Positions 41,334-51,444 of a stretch of 64,000 nucleotides of DNA are shown piece by piece. The stretch's first letter is position 1; each line of letters opens with the position of its first letter. Origin of the DNA: an uncultured Gemmataceae bacterium (GTDB taxonomy: Bacteria; Planctomycetota; Planctomycetia; Gemmatales; Gemmataceae). The notes beneath the pieces were generated by a model, which was not told the origin of the DNA, ran no database searches, and saw only the letters and a program-made list of their open reading frames with translations. The stretch covers positions 416,001 through 480,000 of the forward strand of contig CAVVPN010000003.1 in NCBI GenBank assembly GCA_963750165.1, in the 5' to 3' direction. Both the position numbers and the translations under genes were made by a program.

Positions 41334-42197
41334 TCACTCCCCTGTCAGTAGCCGGCGGACGAGGGCGCTGCCGGCCACCTGCGCCGCCAGTTGCTGCTGG
41401 CCTTCCCGGTCGCGCGGCGGCTCGATCAGCCCGACATCCCGCAGGCCGTCGGCGCGCTGCAGCGGCACGCCCACCAGGCGCTTCGCCAGGTCATAGATGC
41501 CGAAGACCACGCGCAGGCCGTGCTTCTCCGCCTCGGGAACCTCCTGGCGCAACATCGCCGCGGTCAGCGCCGCGTTGAACACGACCGCGACCTCGATCAG
41601 CGCTGCCCGGTAGCCGGGCTGCTTCTCGACGCCGTCGCCGTGCAGGTGCGCCAGCGCCACGGCGGCGCCGCGCACGGCCGGCCACAGGTGGTTGACGACC
41701 GCCCGCAGCGGGTGGCTGGAGGCGACGCTCAGGTATTCCGTCGGGCGCAGGAACACGTCCACCGCAGCGGTCACGGCGCCACAGCCGGTGTGACCCAGCA
41801 CCACCAGCAGCCGCAGGCTCTCGCCCAGGTATTCGAGCGCGTAGTCGATGCTGCCGAGCCCCTCCGGGCCGATGAGGTTGCCGGCGGCGCGCACGACGAA
41901 GAGTTCGTTGCATGCCCGGTTGAAGATCAGCTCGATCGGCACGCGGGCGTCGGAGCAGCCGACGACCACCGCGAAGGGCCGCTGCTGCGGGGTGCTGCCG
42001 TCGGCGCCGATGCCGATGTCCTCCAGGTCGAACAGCCTCACGCGCGACCCGGACGGCACCGTGCCGGGCGCCGTGCCGAGCAACTGGGCGAACTCGCGGT
42101 TGCCGTCTTCGAGGCGCCGCCGGGCTTCCTCGGCGTCCGCGGGCGACTTGCGCTCGCCGCCCTGCGCTGGGTCATAGCGATAGATGAGTTCAAACAT
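41334..42197 (-). CDS. beta-class carbonic anhydrase
   Basis: 'LEDGNREF', Zn ligands in 'GCSDARV' and 'GHTGCGAV', 'LFVVRAAGN', 'GSIDYA'. Confidence 0.9.
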   Translation of the reverse strand: MFELIYRYDPAQGGERKSPADAEEARRRLEDGNREFAQLLGTAPGTVPSGSRVRLFDLEDIGIGADGSTPQQRPFAVVVGCSDARVPIELIFNRACNELFVVRAAGNLIGPEGLGSIDYALEYLGESLRLLVVLGHTGCGAVTAAVDVFLRPTEYLSVASSHPLRAVVNHLWPAVRGAAVALAHLHGDGVEKQPGYRAALIEVAVVFNAALTAAMLRQEVPEAEKHGLRVVFGIYDLAKRLVGVPLQRADGLRDVGLIEPPRDREGQQQLAAQVAGSALVRRLLTGE

Positions 42198-42280
42198 CAG
42201 TGCCCCGTGTTTTCGTGGTGCAGGCGTCCCGTCTGCATTGGGGTCCCGCAGGCGGGACGCCTGCACCACGACGAGTTATT

Positions 42281-43683
42281 TTACGTGTTCGGTAAAGGGG
42301 CGCCGCGGAACAGCCGCCGGCCCACGCGCGGCACCAGACACGCCACCGCGAACGCCGCGAAGCAGAGCATGACGCCGTCGAGCGGCAGCCGCGGCCCGCT
42401 CAGCAACTCGGCGTGGCTGAGCACATACGGCAGCGGTATCCAGATCAGCGCCAGCGTCGCCACGCGCGTCTGGCGGCGCCAGCCGTAGGTCCAGCGCCAG
42501 CCGAGCAGATGCAACAGCAGCAGCGCCAGCAGCGCCGCCTGCAGGGCGAGGGAGTGATACCGCCGGACCAGTTCCGGCAGCGACTCGGTCTGTTCGGCAC
42601 GGCACAGGCTGCGGTTGCTCAACCACTGCCGGCCGAACACGAAACAGAGTGCGGCGCGGATGCGCAGCGCCACGCAGCGTTCGGCCTCGTGCTCACCGTG
42701 GTGGTTGTAGACCAGTTCGTCGCTCAACAGGCGGTAGCGCTTGACCTGGTCCGGTTCGTCGAGCAGGCGTCCGGTCTCCGTCTCCCCGAGGACGCACCGC
42801 ATCAACTCCTCGTCCTGCGGGCCGCCGGTGGCCGCGCGATTGTTCCCCATCCACAAATGCAAATACGTTGCGTCGCTGACGGGCAGCACGTCGCGGAACG
42901 CCTGGTAATTGCGCAGCCCCCACGGCGTCAGGCCGTTGGCCAGGCCGAGCACCGCCACCAGGCCGCACAGCCAGCCGCGCGGCACCCGGCGGCAGCGCAG
43001 CAGGAACCACAGGCACGCCACCAGCGCGAACGGCAACAGGGTGGCCCGCAGCAGCGCCAGCCCCGCCAGCGCCAACCCGAACAGCAGGCTCGCGAACGCC
43101 CCGCCCTCCTGCGCCAGCGACGCCAGTACCAGCACCGCCGCCAGCGTGCACGCCGTCAGCGTGCCGTCCTCGACCTCCGCGACGTTGATGATCCAGAACG
43201 GCCACAGCGCACAGAACAGGCCGGTCAGCAGTGCCACCGTGTTGCTGCGGAACGCTCGCCAGGCGAACAGAAAGTACAGCCCCGCCGTCAACGCCCCCAG
43301 CGCCGCCTGCGTCCAGCGCAGCACTTGCAGGGCGTCGCCACGGTCGGGGACCGCGCGCGTCAGCTGGGCCAGCAGCCAGATGTAGCCGGGGGCGCGGTGG
43401 CGCTCAGTTCCTCGTGGTCCGCCAGCGGCGCCTGCGTGCCGAACCAGCGGTATTCGCGGACGTGGTACACCAGGTCGTCGATTTCGTTCGGCGTCGGGTA
43501 AAACGTGTTCTCGGCGGCCCTGGGTTGCGGGATGGGCCGTGGCGCATCCTGCACAGCCAGCGGCGTTGGACCGCGGCCGTCCTCGACGCAGGCGATGAGA
43601 TACCAGGCACGGACGCCGCCCGCGAGAGCCAGCACCAGCAGCAGCCAGAGCAGGGTTTTCCAGCCGAACGGCCGATCCATCAT
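42281..43683 (-). CDS. polytopic membrane protein, GT-C (ArnT/PMT-like) glycosyltransferase family; frameshift near 43400
   Basis: 'HRAPGY', multiple TM helices, 'PWGLRNYQAF', 'LWMGNN', late 'PRLPLD'. Confidence 0.65.
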
Positions 43684-43862
43684 GCGTCATCCTCCGCCGC
43701 CGCCCGCGCCGCGGCCGCCGCGGCCCCGGCTGGTCGTCGTGACCTCAATGCCGTCATCATAGGGCGTCGCCGTCGGGCGTGCCACACCTGCTTGCTCCCG
43801 ACAGGACCGGTCATTACACTTGGTTGAAGTTCAGGGACCGATTCTCGGAAAAGGAACCTCCA

Positions 43863-45795
43863 ATGCGTCGATCTGTCCGCTTTTTCGTACTCCTCGCCCT
43901 GTTCGGGATCTTCATGAGCGGCGGCCTCGTGACGGCCGGCGACCCGCCGCGGCTGCCGCGCGACAACCTGCTCGTCTACCGCGGCCCGGACGGCAAACCC
44001 GCCCCCGTGAAAAGCGTCGCGGACTGGGCGAAGCGTCGGGCCGAGGTGGTCCGCGGCATGGCGGCAGTGATGGGCAAACTGCCCGGCGCCGACAAGCGCT
44101 GCCCGCTCGACCTGAAGGTACTACGCGGAGGTCGAGGACGGCCCGGTCGTGCGCCGGCTCATCACCTACGCCGCGGAGCCCGGCGGCCGGGTGCCGGCGT
44201 ACCTGCTCATTCCCAGGGACGTGCTCGCCGGCAAGAAAAAGGCGGCGGCCATCCTCTGCCTGCACGGCACGGACAACGTGGTCGGGCACGGGACCGTGGT
44301 CGGCCTCGGCAAGAACGCGAACCGAGCCTACGCCCTGGAGCTGGCCAAACGCGGCTACGTCACGCTGGCCCCGAATTATCCGCTGCTGGCGAAGTATCAG
44401 CCGGACCTGAAAAGGCTCGGCTGGGAGAGCGGGACGTTGAAGGCCGTGTGGGACAACCTGCGCGGCCTTGACCTGCTGGCGGCGCTGCCGTTCGTGGACG
44501 CTGCGAAGGGGTTTGGGGCCATCGGCCATTCGCTCGGCGGCCACAATGCCGTTTACACCGCCGTGTTCGACGACCGCATCAAGGCTGTCGTGTCGAGTTG
44601 CGGGCTGGACTCGTACCTCGACTACTTCAACGGCGACCAGAAGAACTGGGATCCGGAGCGTGGCTGGTGCCAGACGCGCTACATGCGCAAGCTCGCCGAC
44701 TACAAGGGCCGGCTCGCGGACATCCCCTTCGACTTCCACGAGATGATCGGCGCCCTGGCACCGCGGCACGTGTTCCTCATCGCCCCGAAAAAGGACTCCA
44801 ACTTTCGCGCCGATAGTGTGGACCGCATCGCCGCCGCCGCCCGGCCGATCTTCAAGCTATACGGCCATGAGGACCGGCTACGCATCGAGCACCCCGACGG
44901 CGGCCACGATTTCCCGCCGGAGATGCGTGACGCAGCGTATCGGTTGTTCGACGCGGTGCTCAAGGGCGACGGCCCGCGACGGAAAAAGGCGTTGATCATC
45001 GGCATCGACGGTTGCCGGCCGGACGCCCTGCTCGTGGCGAAGGCGCCGCAGCTGCACGGCCTCATCAAGCAGGGCGCCTTCAGTGACAAGGCGCAGACCG
45101 GCGACATGACGGCCAGCGGCAGCGGTTGGGGCAGTCTGTTGACCGGCGTCTGGCGTGAGAAACACGGCGTCCGCGGCAACGACTTCAAGCTCGCCAATTT
45201 CGGCGAGTTTCCTGACCTGCTCACGCGCATCAAGAAGGCCCGGCCCGTCAGCTTCGTCGCCTCGGTCGTCCACTGGGACCCCATTCAAAAACTCATCATC
45301 AAGAAGGCGGACGTGAACGCCGCTTACAAGACGGACGCCCAGGTCGCCACGGCCGCCTGCAAGCTGCTGGGCGAGAACAAGCTGGATCTGCTGTTCATTC
45401 ACTTCGATGATGTCGATGGCGCGGGCCACAAGTACGGTTTCGACCCCATGCAGCCCAGATATCTCGCGGCGATTGCGCAGACCGATGATTACGTGGGAGC
45501 GCTGTTACACGCGCTGGCACAGCGGCCGTCCTACGCACAGGAAGACTGGCTCATCGTGGTCAGCACCGATCACGGCGGGTCGGGAAAGGGGCACGGGCTG
45601 AACATCCCCGCGCACCGGACCATCTTTCTGATCGTGAGCGGACCGTCGGCTGCCCGGGGAACCATCGAGCCGGTGCCGGGCATCGTGGACGTGGCCCCGA
45701 CGGTCTTGCAGCACCTGGGGGTGAGCATCGATGCCCGGTGGCGCCTCGACGGCAAGGCCGTCGGCCTCAAGGCGGTCGCCCAGCGCGCTCCGTGA
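43863..45795 (+). CDS. secreted alpha/beta hydrolase fused to an alkaline-phosphatase/NPP-superfamily domain; frameshift near 44124
   Basis: Signal peptide; GHSLGG and 'GHDF' in domain 1; 'IGIDGCRPD', 'TASGSGWGSLLTG', 'DDVDGAGH' and 'STDHGG' in domain 2. Confidence 0.8.
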
Positions 45796-45852
45796 GGCGG
45801 CCGGCTGGAAATAACTTGAATCCGCGCCGGGCCTGGCGCAATGGCCAACCGG

Positions 45853-46189
45853 TTAGGCGTCCGTCAGCGAAACCACGAGACGCTTGCCCACGGCCTCGGC
45901 GTAGCGCACCAGCGTCTCCACGGTGGGGTTGGCGCTGGCCGGTTTCGAGCTTCGAGAGCGCTGAGCGGTCCATGCCGGTCAGGTCCGTCAAGTCGGCCAG
46001 GCTCAGCCCTTTCGCTTCGCGCGCGGCCTTCAGCTGCTGGAGCAGTTCTTGCAACTGGTCCAGGGTGGCCATGCGTTCCTGGTGGCGGGCGACCAGGTCG
46101 GGCAATTCCTCGGCGACCTGCTCTCGGATCGCTTGATACTTGGCGGCTTCTTCAGGTGTTAACTGTCGGTTGCGGGTAATGCGTTTCAT
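45853..46189 (-). CDS. XRE-family HTH protein (antitoxin-like); frameshift near 45932
   Basis: 'LKAAREAKGLSLADL..TGMDRSALSKLETG', then 'NPTVETLVRYAEAVGK' after a shift. ATGA overlap with purN. Confidence 0.8.
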
Positions 46190-46827
46190 GGTGCTTGCCT
46201 CCTTACCACCCGTCCCTCGATCCGCAGCCGCCCCGCCGCGAAGAGCCGCACCGCCTCCGGATACGCCTCGCACTCCTGCGCGAACACCCGCGCCGCCAGC
46301 GTCTCCGGCGTGTCCTCGTCGCGCACCTCGACCGCCCGCTGCAAAATGATCGGCCCGTGGTCGTACTCGTTGTCGGCGAAGTGGACGGTGCAGCCGCTGA
46401 TTTTCGCGCCGTACGCCAGCACCGCTTCGTGGACGTGGTGGCCGTAATAGCCCTTGCCGCAGAACGCCGGGATCAGCGCCGGATGCACATTCATGACCCG
46501 GCCCAGAAAATCCGCCGGCACCTCAATCAGTTGCAGGAACCCCGCCAGACACACCAGCTCCGCCCGCGCTTGCCGGCAGGCGTCGAACAGTTTCGCGCTG
46601 AACTCCGCCCGCGACGCACACGCCTTGCGCTCGACCACCACCGTCGGCACGCCCGCCCGCCGCGCCCGCTCCAGCCCCTGGGCGTCCGCCTTGCTGCTGC
46701 CCACGATCACCACTTCAGCGCGCAGCCGGCCGTCGCGGATGCGGTCGAGGAAGTTTTGCAGCGTCGTGCCGCCGCCGCTCAGCAGCACGCCCAGCCGGAT
46801 TGGCGGCCTGTCCTCGTTCATGCTCAT
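46186..46827 (-). CDS. purN: phosphoribosylglycinamide formyltransferase
   Basis: 'LLSGGGTTLQ', 'LAGF', 'NVHPALIP.F.G', 'SGCTVHF..DHGPII.Q'. Confidence 0.95.
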   Translation of the reverse strand: MSMNEDRPPIRLGVLLSGGGTTLQNFLDRIRDGRLRAEVVIVGSSKADAQGLERARRAGVPTVVVERKACASRAEFSAKLFDACRQARAELVCLAGFLQLIEVPADFLGRVMNVHPALIPAFCGKGYYGHHVHEAVLAYGAKISGCTVHFADNEYDHGPIILQRAVEVRDEDTPETLAARVFAQECEAYPEAVRLFAAGRLRIEGRVVRRQAP

Positions 46828-48116
46828 TTGACGTGGAAAATGCGCACCGCGTTCTCGCGCAGCAGCAGCCGGGCCACGTCCAGCGCCTGCGCCTCGGTGT
46901 AGACCTTGCGCCGCACGTAATCGTCCGCCAGCACCTCCGCCAGAATGCGGCGGTACATGTTGTACTTGGGCAGGATGAACTCCAGCTTGTAGGCGTCGCT
47001 GTAGTAGCCGAGCTGCTTGGTTTTCGGCACCGCGTGCAGGCGGGCGCGCAGATCCTGCTCGACGTAGGCCGGCACGTTCGAGTACCACCAGTGGCCGCTG
47101 GTGACCACGTTCGGGAAGATCCAGCTGTAGCTGACCAGCTCCTGATTCTGGCCGCTCGATAGCACCGAGACGCAGAACGTCACGTTCGGGAAGTCGTTGA
47201 ACAACTCGGCGTACTGGATCAGCGACGTGCGCTGGTCAAACAGGTCCTGACCCTGGTGGACGCCCTCGCGGAAGACGCGGCGGTTGACGCCGATCATCAG
47301 GTCGAACGGCAGCTTGTACGCCCGGCAGAACTCCGCGAGCATCCAGAAGACGCCGAGGCCGCAGGTGCGCAGGTCAGCCGGGTCGTGTGTCTTCTCGGAG
47401 GTGCTCTGCCGCAGCCGGCCGAGGCTGGCGGACACGTCGGCCAGAGCGACCGGTCGCGGCGAAAAGTCCGGCGGCAGCGAGATGGCGCACGCCTTGGCCC
47501 CGTGCCGCGTGAAATGATCGAACAGCACCGTCAGCGCCTGCCGCAGCCCCGCGGCGTCGCCGACCTCCACGTTGGTCGCCTTCGCCAGACGCTGCCGCAC
47601 TTCCGGCCGGTGCAGGTGGAACACCAGATCGTCGGTGCGCAGGCACGGCACATACTTGCCGGTATCGAAGCCCTTGAGCGGGTCGTCGAAGTCGTTGGTC
47701 AAAAACACCTTCTCGACGTTGGAGCGGCGCAGCACCTGCTCGGCCCAGTCCGGCTGCGCCATGACGCGCTCGGCGCTGCTGATCAGGGCGTCGGCGTCCT
47801 TCGCGGTGAGGCGGTCGCCGCGGAAGTTCAGGAAAGTGCGAGCGATTTCGAGGAACCAGCTGTACTGGGCGGTGTTGTCAAAGCGGTTCATGTGGGCGAG
47901 GATGCTGCGGACGCGCTGCCGCGGCTCGACGTTCGCAGCCAGCGGCCCCCTGTCCATGCCGGCAGAGTGGGCCAGTTCGGTGTAGTAGTGGTAGCCCAGG
48001 ATGTCGTCGAGCGTGCGCGACGCCGGCCGGTGGGGGTCGATGTGCGAGTGTGGGTCGATCAGCGGGATGTCGCAGATGGCGGCGTACAGATCCTGTATGA
48101 GCTGGTCGTCAGCCAT
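46824..48116 (-). CDS. uxaC: uronate (glucuronate) isomerase, amidohydrolase fold
   Basis: 'IDPHSH', 'YHYYTEL', 'SGHWWY', 'YSDAYKLE', 'RRILAEVLA'. Confidence 0.8.
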   Translation of the reverse strand: MADDQLIQDLYAAICDIPLIDPHSHIDPHRPASRTLDDILGYHYYTELAHSAGMDRGPLAANVEPRQRVRSILAHMNRFDNTAQYSWFLEIARTFLNFRGDRLTAKDADALISSAERVMAQPDWAEQVLRRSNVEKVFLTNDFDDPLKGFDTGKYVPCLRTDDLVFHLHRPEVRQRLAKATNVEVGDAAGLRQALTVLFDHFTRHGAKACAISLPPDFSPRPVALADVSASLGRLRQSTSEKTHDPADLRTCGLGVFWMLAEFCRAYKLPFDLMIGVNRRVFREGVHQGQDLFDQRTSLIQYAELFNDFPNVTFCVSVLSSGQNQELVSYSWIFPNVVTSGHWWYSNVPAYVEQDLRARLHAVPKTKQLGYYSDAYKLEFILPKYNMYRRILAEVLADDYVRRKVYTEAQALDVARLLLRENAVRIFHVK

Positions 48117-48536
48117 GGTGAACTCGTCGCGTTTGCGATCTTGCCCTCGTTGCTGGAAAAGCCCTTCTTTTACTATATCAGGACGGCGGTCGGAAGCACT
48201 TTTTACAAGTTTTGTTGAAGTTTACAAAGGCGCCGCCGCCGCCGCCACCAGGACGGCCGTCGGCGCTGACACGATCGGCCCTTTCTTTTTTTCTGCAATC
48301 GCCCGAGAGGTAACCGGTTACGGAAGCGTCGAGGCGGTGGGTCCGCGACAACGGCATCGTAGTTGCCAACCTGTTCGATGTCACCGCGGACGGCGGCTGC
48401 ATCTCCCCAGCAGTCCCGTCCCGAGAGCGATACACGGTTGTCCCCCGGTTGGCCGTCGCCTCGGCCAGCCTTTAGAACCGTGGCCCCCGTTGTCCCCAAA
48501 TGATGGAGCGACCTGACCAGCCGCACCCCGTCAGTG

Positions 48537-48579
48537 GGCCACCCTCCGTCCCCCCGGAGGGTGGCCTCATTTCGTTTTT
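48537..48579 (+). terminator. intrinsic terminator
   Basis: 12-bp stem ggccaccctccg/cggagggtggcc followed by tcatttcgttttt. Confidence 0.7.
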
Positions 48580-48857
48580 CCCGCTATGGCGTAGGCGGCT
48601 TCATGGGGCAGCAGTTCGAAAATCCCCATGATCGACCTGGCGAGTTCCCGAGCCTTGATCAGGGCTATCCGGCACTCTCCTCCCATGGCGCACCTCCTCG
48701 AAGAAAACGGGGGCGTCCGTTCTCCCGCGCCGGATGAATATTCGCCCTTGAGCAGTTTGCTCCAGCCTCCCGATTTTTTTGCGGCGTGCCGGCTGATCCA
48801 GAGCACGCCCAGCATCAACCCCAGCAACACCAGACTGCCCCACGGAAATGCGTTCAT
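48567..48857 (-). CDS. small putative membrane protein
   Basis: MNAFPWGSLVLLGLMLGVLWISRH...; a single TM segment. The C-terminal part is uncertain. Confidence 0.35.
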   Translation of the reverse strand: MNAFPWGSLVLLGLMLGVLWISRHAAKKSGGWSKLLKGEYSSGAGERTPPFSSRRCAMGGECRIALIKARELARSIMGIFELLPHEAAYAIAGKTK

Positions 48858-48958
48858 GAAAATGGCCCGTATGGACACGGGCCGAGAATTGGCGCATTGC
48901 CTTAACCCATGCGCTGCAATCGCATTAGAGCGGTTCACAGCCGCGTGGATCACGCCCC

Positions 48959-49017
48959 GTAGGACGGCTCTCCAGAGCCGTCTCCGAGACAAGGACGGCT
49001 CTGGAGAGCCGTCCCAC
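48959..49017. repeat. second copy of the GTAGGACGGCTCTCCAGAGCCGTC REP pair
   Basis: GTAGgacggctctccagagccgtc-tccgagacaag-gacggctctggagagccgtcCCAC. Confidence 0.9.
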
Positions 49018-49172
49018 AGGCTGTGCGCAAACCAAGTGTGAACCGCTCTAGGCAATTGAACGCCGGTCGGCGGGGTCATCGGCAGCGGCCGCGGGGTGGT
49101 CCACGTCCAGTTCGCTGCCGACCGGCGGCCGTTGTGCTGGGCGCCTGAAACCCATCTCGGTCGTCCCGCCAA

Positions 49173-50084
49173 TCACGCCAGCAGCCAGCGCAGCAGCGCC
49201 TTCTGCGCGTGCAGCCGGTTGCCGGCCTGCTGGAAGACAATACTGCGGTCGCCATCGATCACCTCGCCGGTGACCTCTTCGCCGCGGTGCGCCGGCAGAC
49301 AATGCATCACCCGTGCGTGCGGCGGCGCCAGCGCCAGCAACTCCGCGTTCACCTGATACTGCTGGAACTCGCGCAGTCGCCGCTCGCGCTCCGCTTCCTG
49401 GCCCATGCTCGTCCACACGTCCGTGTAGATCACGTCCGCGGCGCCGACCGCGTGCCGGGGGTCGCCGTTCTCGATCAACTCGCCCCTGGGCACATGGCGG
49501 TGGTACATCTCCAGGAAGGGCGCGTCAAAATGGTAGCCGTCCGGCGCCGCCAGAATGAAGCGCATCCCCAGTTTGCCGCAGCAGACTGCCACGGAGCGGG
49601 CCACGTTATTGCCGTCGCCCACGAACACCAGCGTCCGGCCAACCACCGAGCCGAACACCTCGTGCACCGTGTACAGGTCCGCCAGCGCCTGGCAGGGGTG
49701 CGCGTAGTCCGACAGGCCGTTGATGACGGGGCAGCAGGCATGCTGCGCGAACTGCTCGACCGTGGCGTGCTGGAAGGTGCGCAGCACCACCGCATCGACG
49801 TATTCGCCGAGGGTGCGGGCCACATCCGCGACGCTCTCGCGCGCCCCGAGGCCCACCTCGCCGCCGGACAGGAAAATGCTGGAGCCGCCCAGCTGAGCGA
49901 TGGCGGACTGGAAACTGACGCGCGTCCGCAGCGACGGTTTCTCGAAGATCATCCCGAGCACGCGACCCTGCAAGACCGGCGTCACCTCGCGCCGCCGCTG
50001 GGCCTCCTTCAGCCGCTGCGTTTCGCGCAGCAGCAGGCCAATCTCTTCGCCGTCCACCTCAAGCAAGTCAAGGAAGTGACGCAT
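49173..50084 (-). CDS. argF: ornithine carbamoyltransferase
   Basis: 'FEKPSLRTR', 'HPCQALAD', 'GDGNNV', 'YTDVWTSMG', 'HCLPAHRG'. Confidence 0.95.
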   Translation of the reverse strand: MRHFLDLLEVDGEEIGLLLRETQRLKEAQRRREVTPVLQGRVLGMIFEKPSLRTRVSFQSAIAQLGGSSIFLSGGEVGLGARESVADVARTLGEYVDAVVLRTFQHATVEQFAQHACCPVINGLSDYAHPCQALADLYTVHEVFGSVVGRTLVFVGDGNNVARSVAVCCGKLGMRFILAAPDGYHFDAPFLEMYHRHVPRGELIENGDPRHAVGAADVIYTDVWTSMGQEAERERRLREFQQYQVNAELLALAPPHARVMHCLPAHRGEEVTGEVIDGDRSIVFQQAGNRLHAQKALLRWLLA

Positions 50085-50101
50085 GGTGCGTGGTCCGTGA
50101 C

Positions 50102-50222
50102 CAGAGGTCAGAAGTCAGAGGTCAGAAGTCACAGGTCAGAGGTCAGCGTTGGTATTTCTGCCGCTTGCGGCTTAGCGCTGACTTCTGACCTCTGACCTCT
50201 GACTTCTGACCTCTGACTTCTG
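50102..50222. repeat. TCAGAGG/TCAGAAG heptamer array with an inverted array, enclosing a GCCGCTTGCGGC element
   Basis: About 6 units on each side; internal ctgccgcttgcggcttagc matches the 26492-26552 family. Confidence 0.9.
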
Positions 50223-50230
50223 GGATCTGG

Positions 50231-51430
50231 TTACGTCTTGGAAGTCAACACCTCATCAAGAATGTCGCAGCCCTGGTGCAACTGCTCGTCCGTGAGGGTC
50301 AGGGCCGGCAGCAAGCGCAGCACCGTCCCGTGCGTGCAGTTGACGAGCAGCTGGCGGCGCAGACACCGCTCCACAAACGGCGTGCCCTCGACCGCCAGCT
50401 CCACCCCGATCATCGCGCCTTTGATGCGGATGTCGGTGATGAGCGGGCACCGGGCCCGCAGTGCCTCGAAGCGCTGACGGAACGCCGTGCCGATCTGCTC
50501 CGCCCGGGCCAGCAGGCCCTCCGCCTCGATCGTTTCAATGGTCGCCAGGGCCGCCCGGCAGGCAATCGGATTGCCGCCGAACGTCGCCGCGTGCGTGCCC
50601 GGCTTCAGATACTCCGCGACCTGCGGCCGCGCCACCAGGCCGCCGCAGGCGATGCCGCCCGCCACCGCCTTGGCCAGCGTCATCACGTCCGGCAGCACGC
50701 CCCAGTGCTGGTGCGCGTACCACCGGCCCGTGCGGCCCATGCCGCTCTGCACCTCGTCAAACATCAACAAAAGCTTATGTTGGTCCGCCAACTCCCGCAA
50801 ACCTTCCAGGTAGCCCCGCGGCGGCAGATGGATGCCGCCCTCGCCCTGGATCGGCTCCAGCAGAATGGCGCAGGTCTCGTCGTCGATCAGTTGCGTCGCC
50901 GCGTCCAGATCGCCGTAGGGGGCGTAGCTGAAGCCGGCCAGCAGCGGCTCCAGGCCCTGATGGTACTTCGGCTGGCCGGTGGCACTGAGTGCCCCGAGAG
51001 TGCGGCCGTGGAAGCTGTTCAACATGGAAATGATCTTGTAGCGACCCGGCTTGCCGTACAGCCGCGCCAGCTTGATCGCCGCCTCGACCGCCTCGGTGCC
51101 GCTGTTGCAGAAGAAGCAGCGGCCGTCGAAATCGGTGCGTTCGCTCAGCGCCTGCGCCAGCCGGCCCTGCGCCTCGGTGTACCAGGTGTTCGGCACGTGG
51201 ATCAGCTCGGCCACCTGCTCACGCACCGCCTCGACCACGCGCGGCGGACAGTGGCCCAGCAGGTCGCAGCCCCAGCCGGGGAAGAAGTCAAGGTAGCGCT
51301 TGCCCTCGGCGTCCCAGACCCAGGAACCTTCGCCGTGCGTCAGCGCCACCGGGTAGCGCGTGTAGTTGCCGATGACGTACCGCTTGAAAAGGTCGATGAT
51401 CTCGGCGGAAGTAGTCGTTTTCGTGCTCAT
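50231..51430 (-). CDS. argD: acetylornithine aminotransferase
   Basis: 'NSGTEA', 'FHGRT', 'EPIQGEGG', 'FDEVQSGMGRTG', 'TLAKA', 'TFGGNP'; arg operon context. Confidence 0.92.
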   Translation of the reverse strand: MSTKTTTSAEIIDLFKRYVIGNYTRYPVALTHGEGSWVWDAEGKRYLDFFPGWGCDLLGHCPPRVVEAVREQVAELIHVPNTWYTEAQGRLAQALSERTDFDGRCFFCNSGTEAVEAAIKLARLYGKPGRYKIISMLNSFHGRTLGALSATGQPKYHQGLEPLLAGFSYAPYGDLDAATQLIDDETCAILLEPIQGEGGIHLPPRGYLEGLRELADQHKLLLMFDEVQSGMGRTGRWYAHQHWGVLPDVMTLAKAVAGGIACGGLVARPQVAEYLKPGTHAATFGGNPIACRAALATIETIEAEGLLARAEQIGTAFRQRFEALRARCPLITDIRIKGAMIGVELAVEGTPFVERCLRRQLLVNCTHGTVLRLLPALTLTDEQLHQGCDILDEVLTSKT

Positions 51431-51444
51431 GGTTCAGTTCCGGA

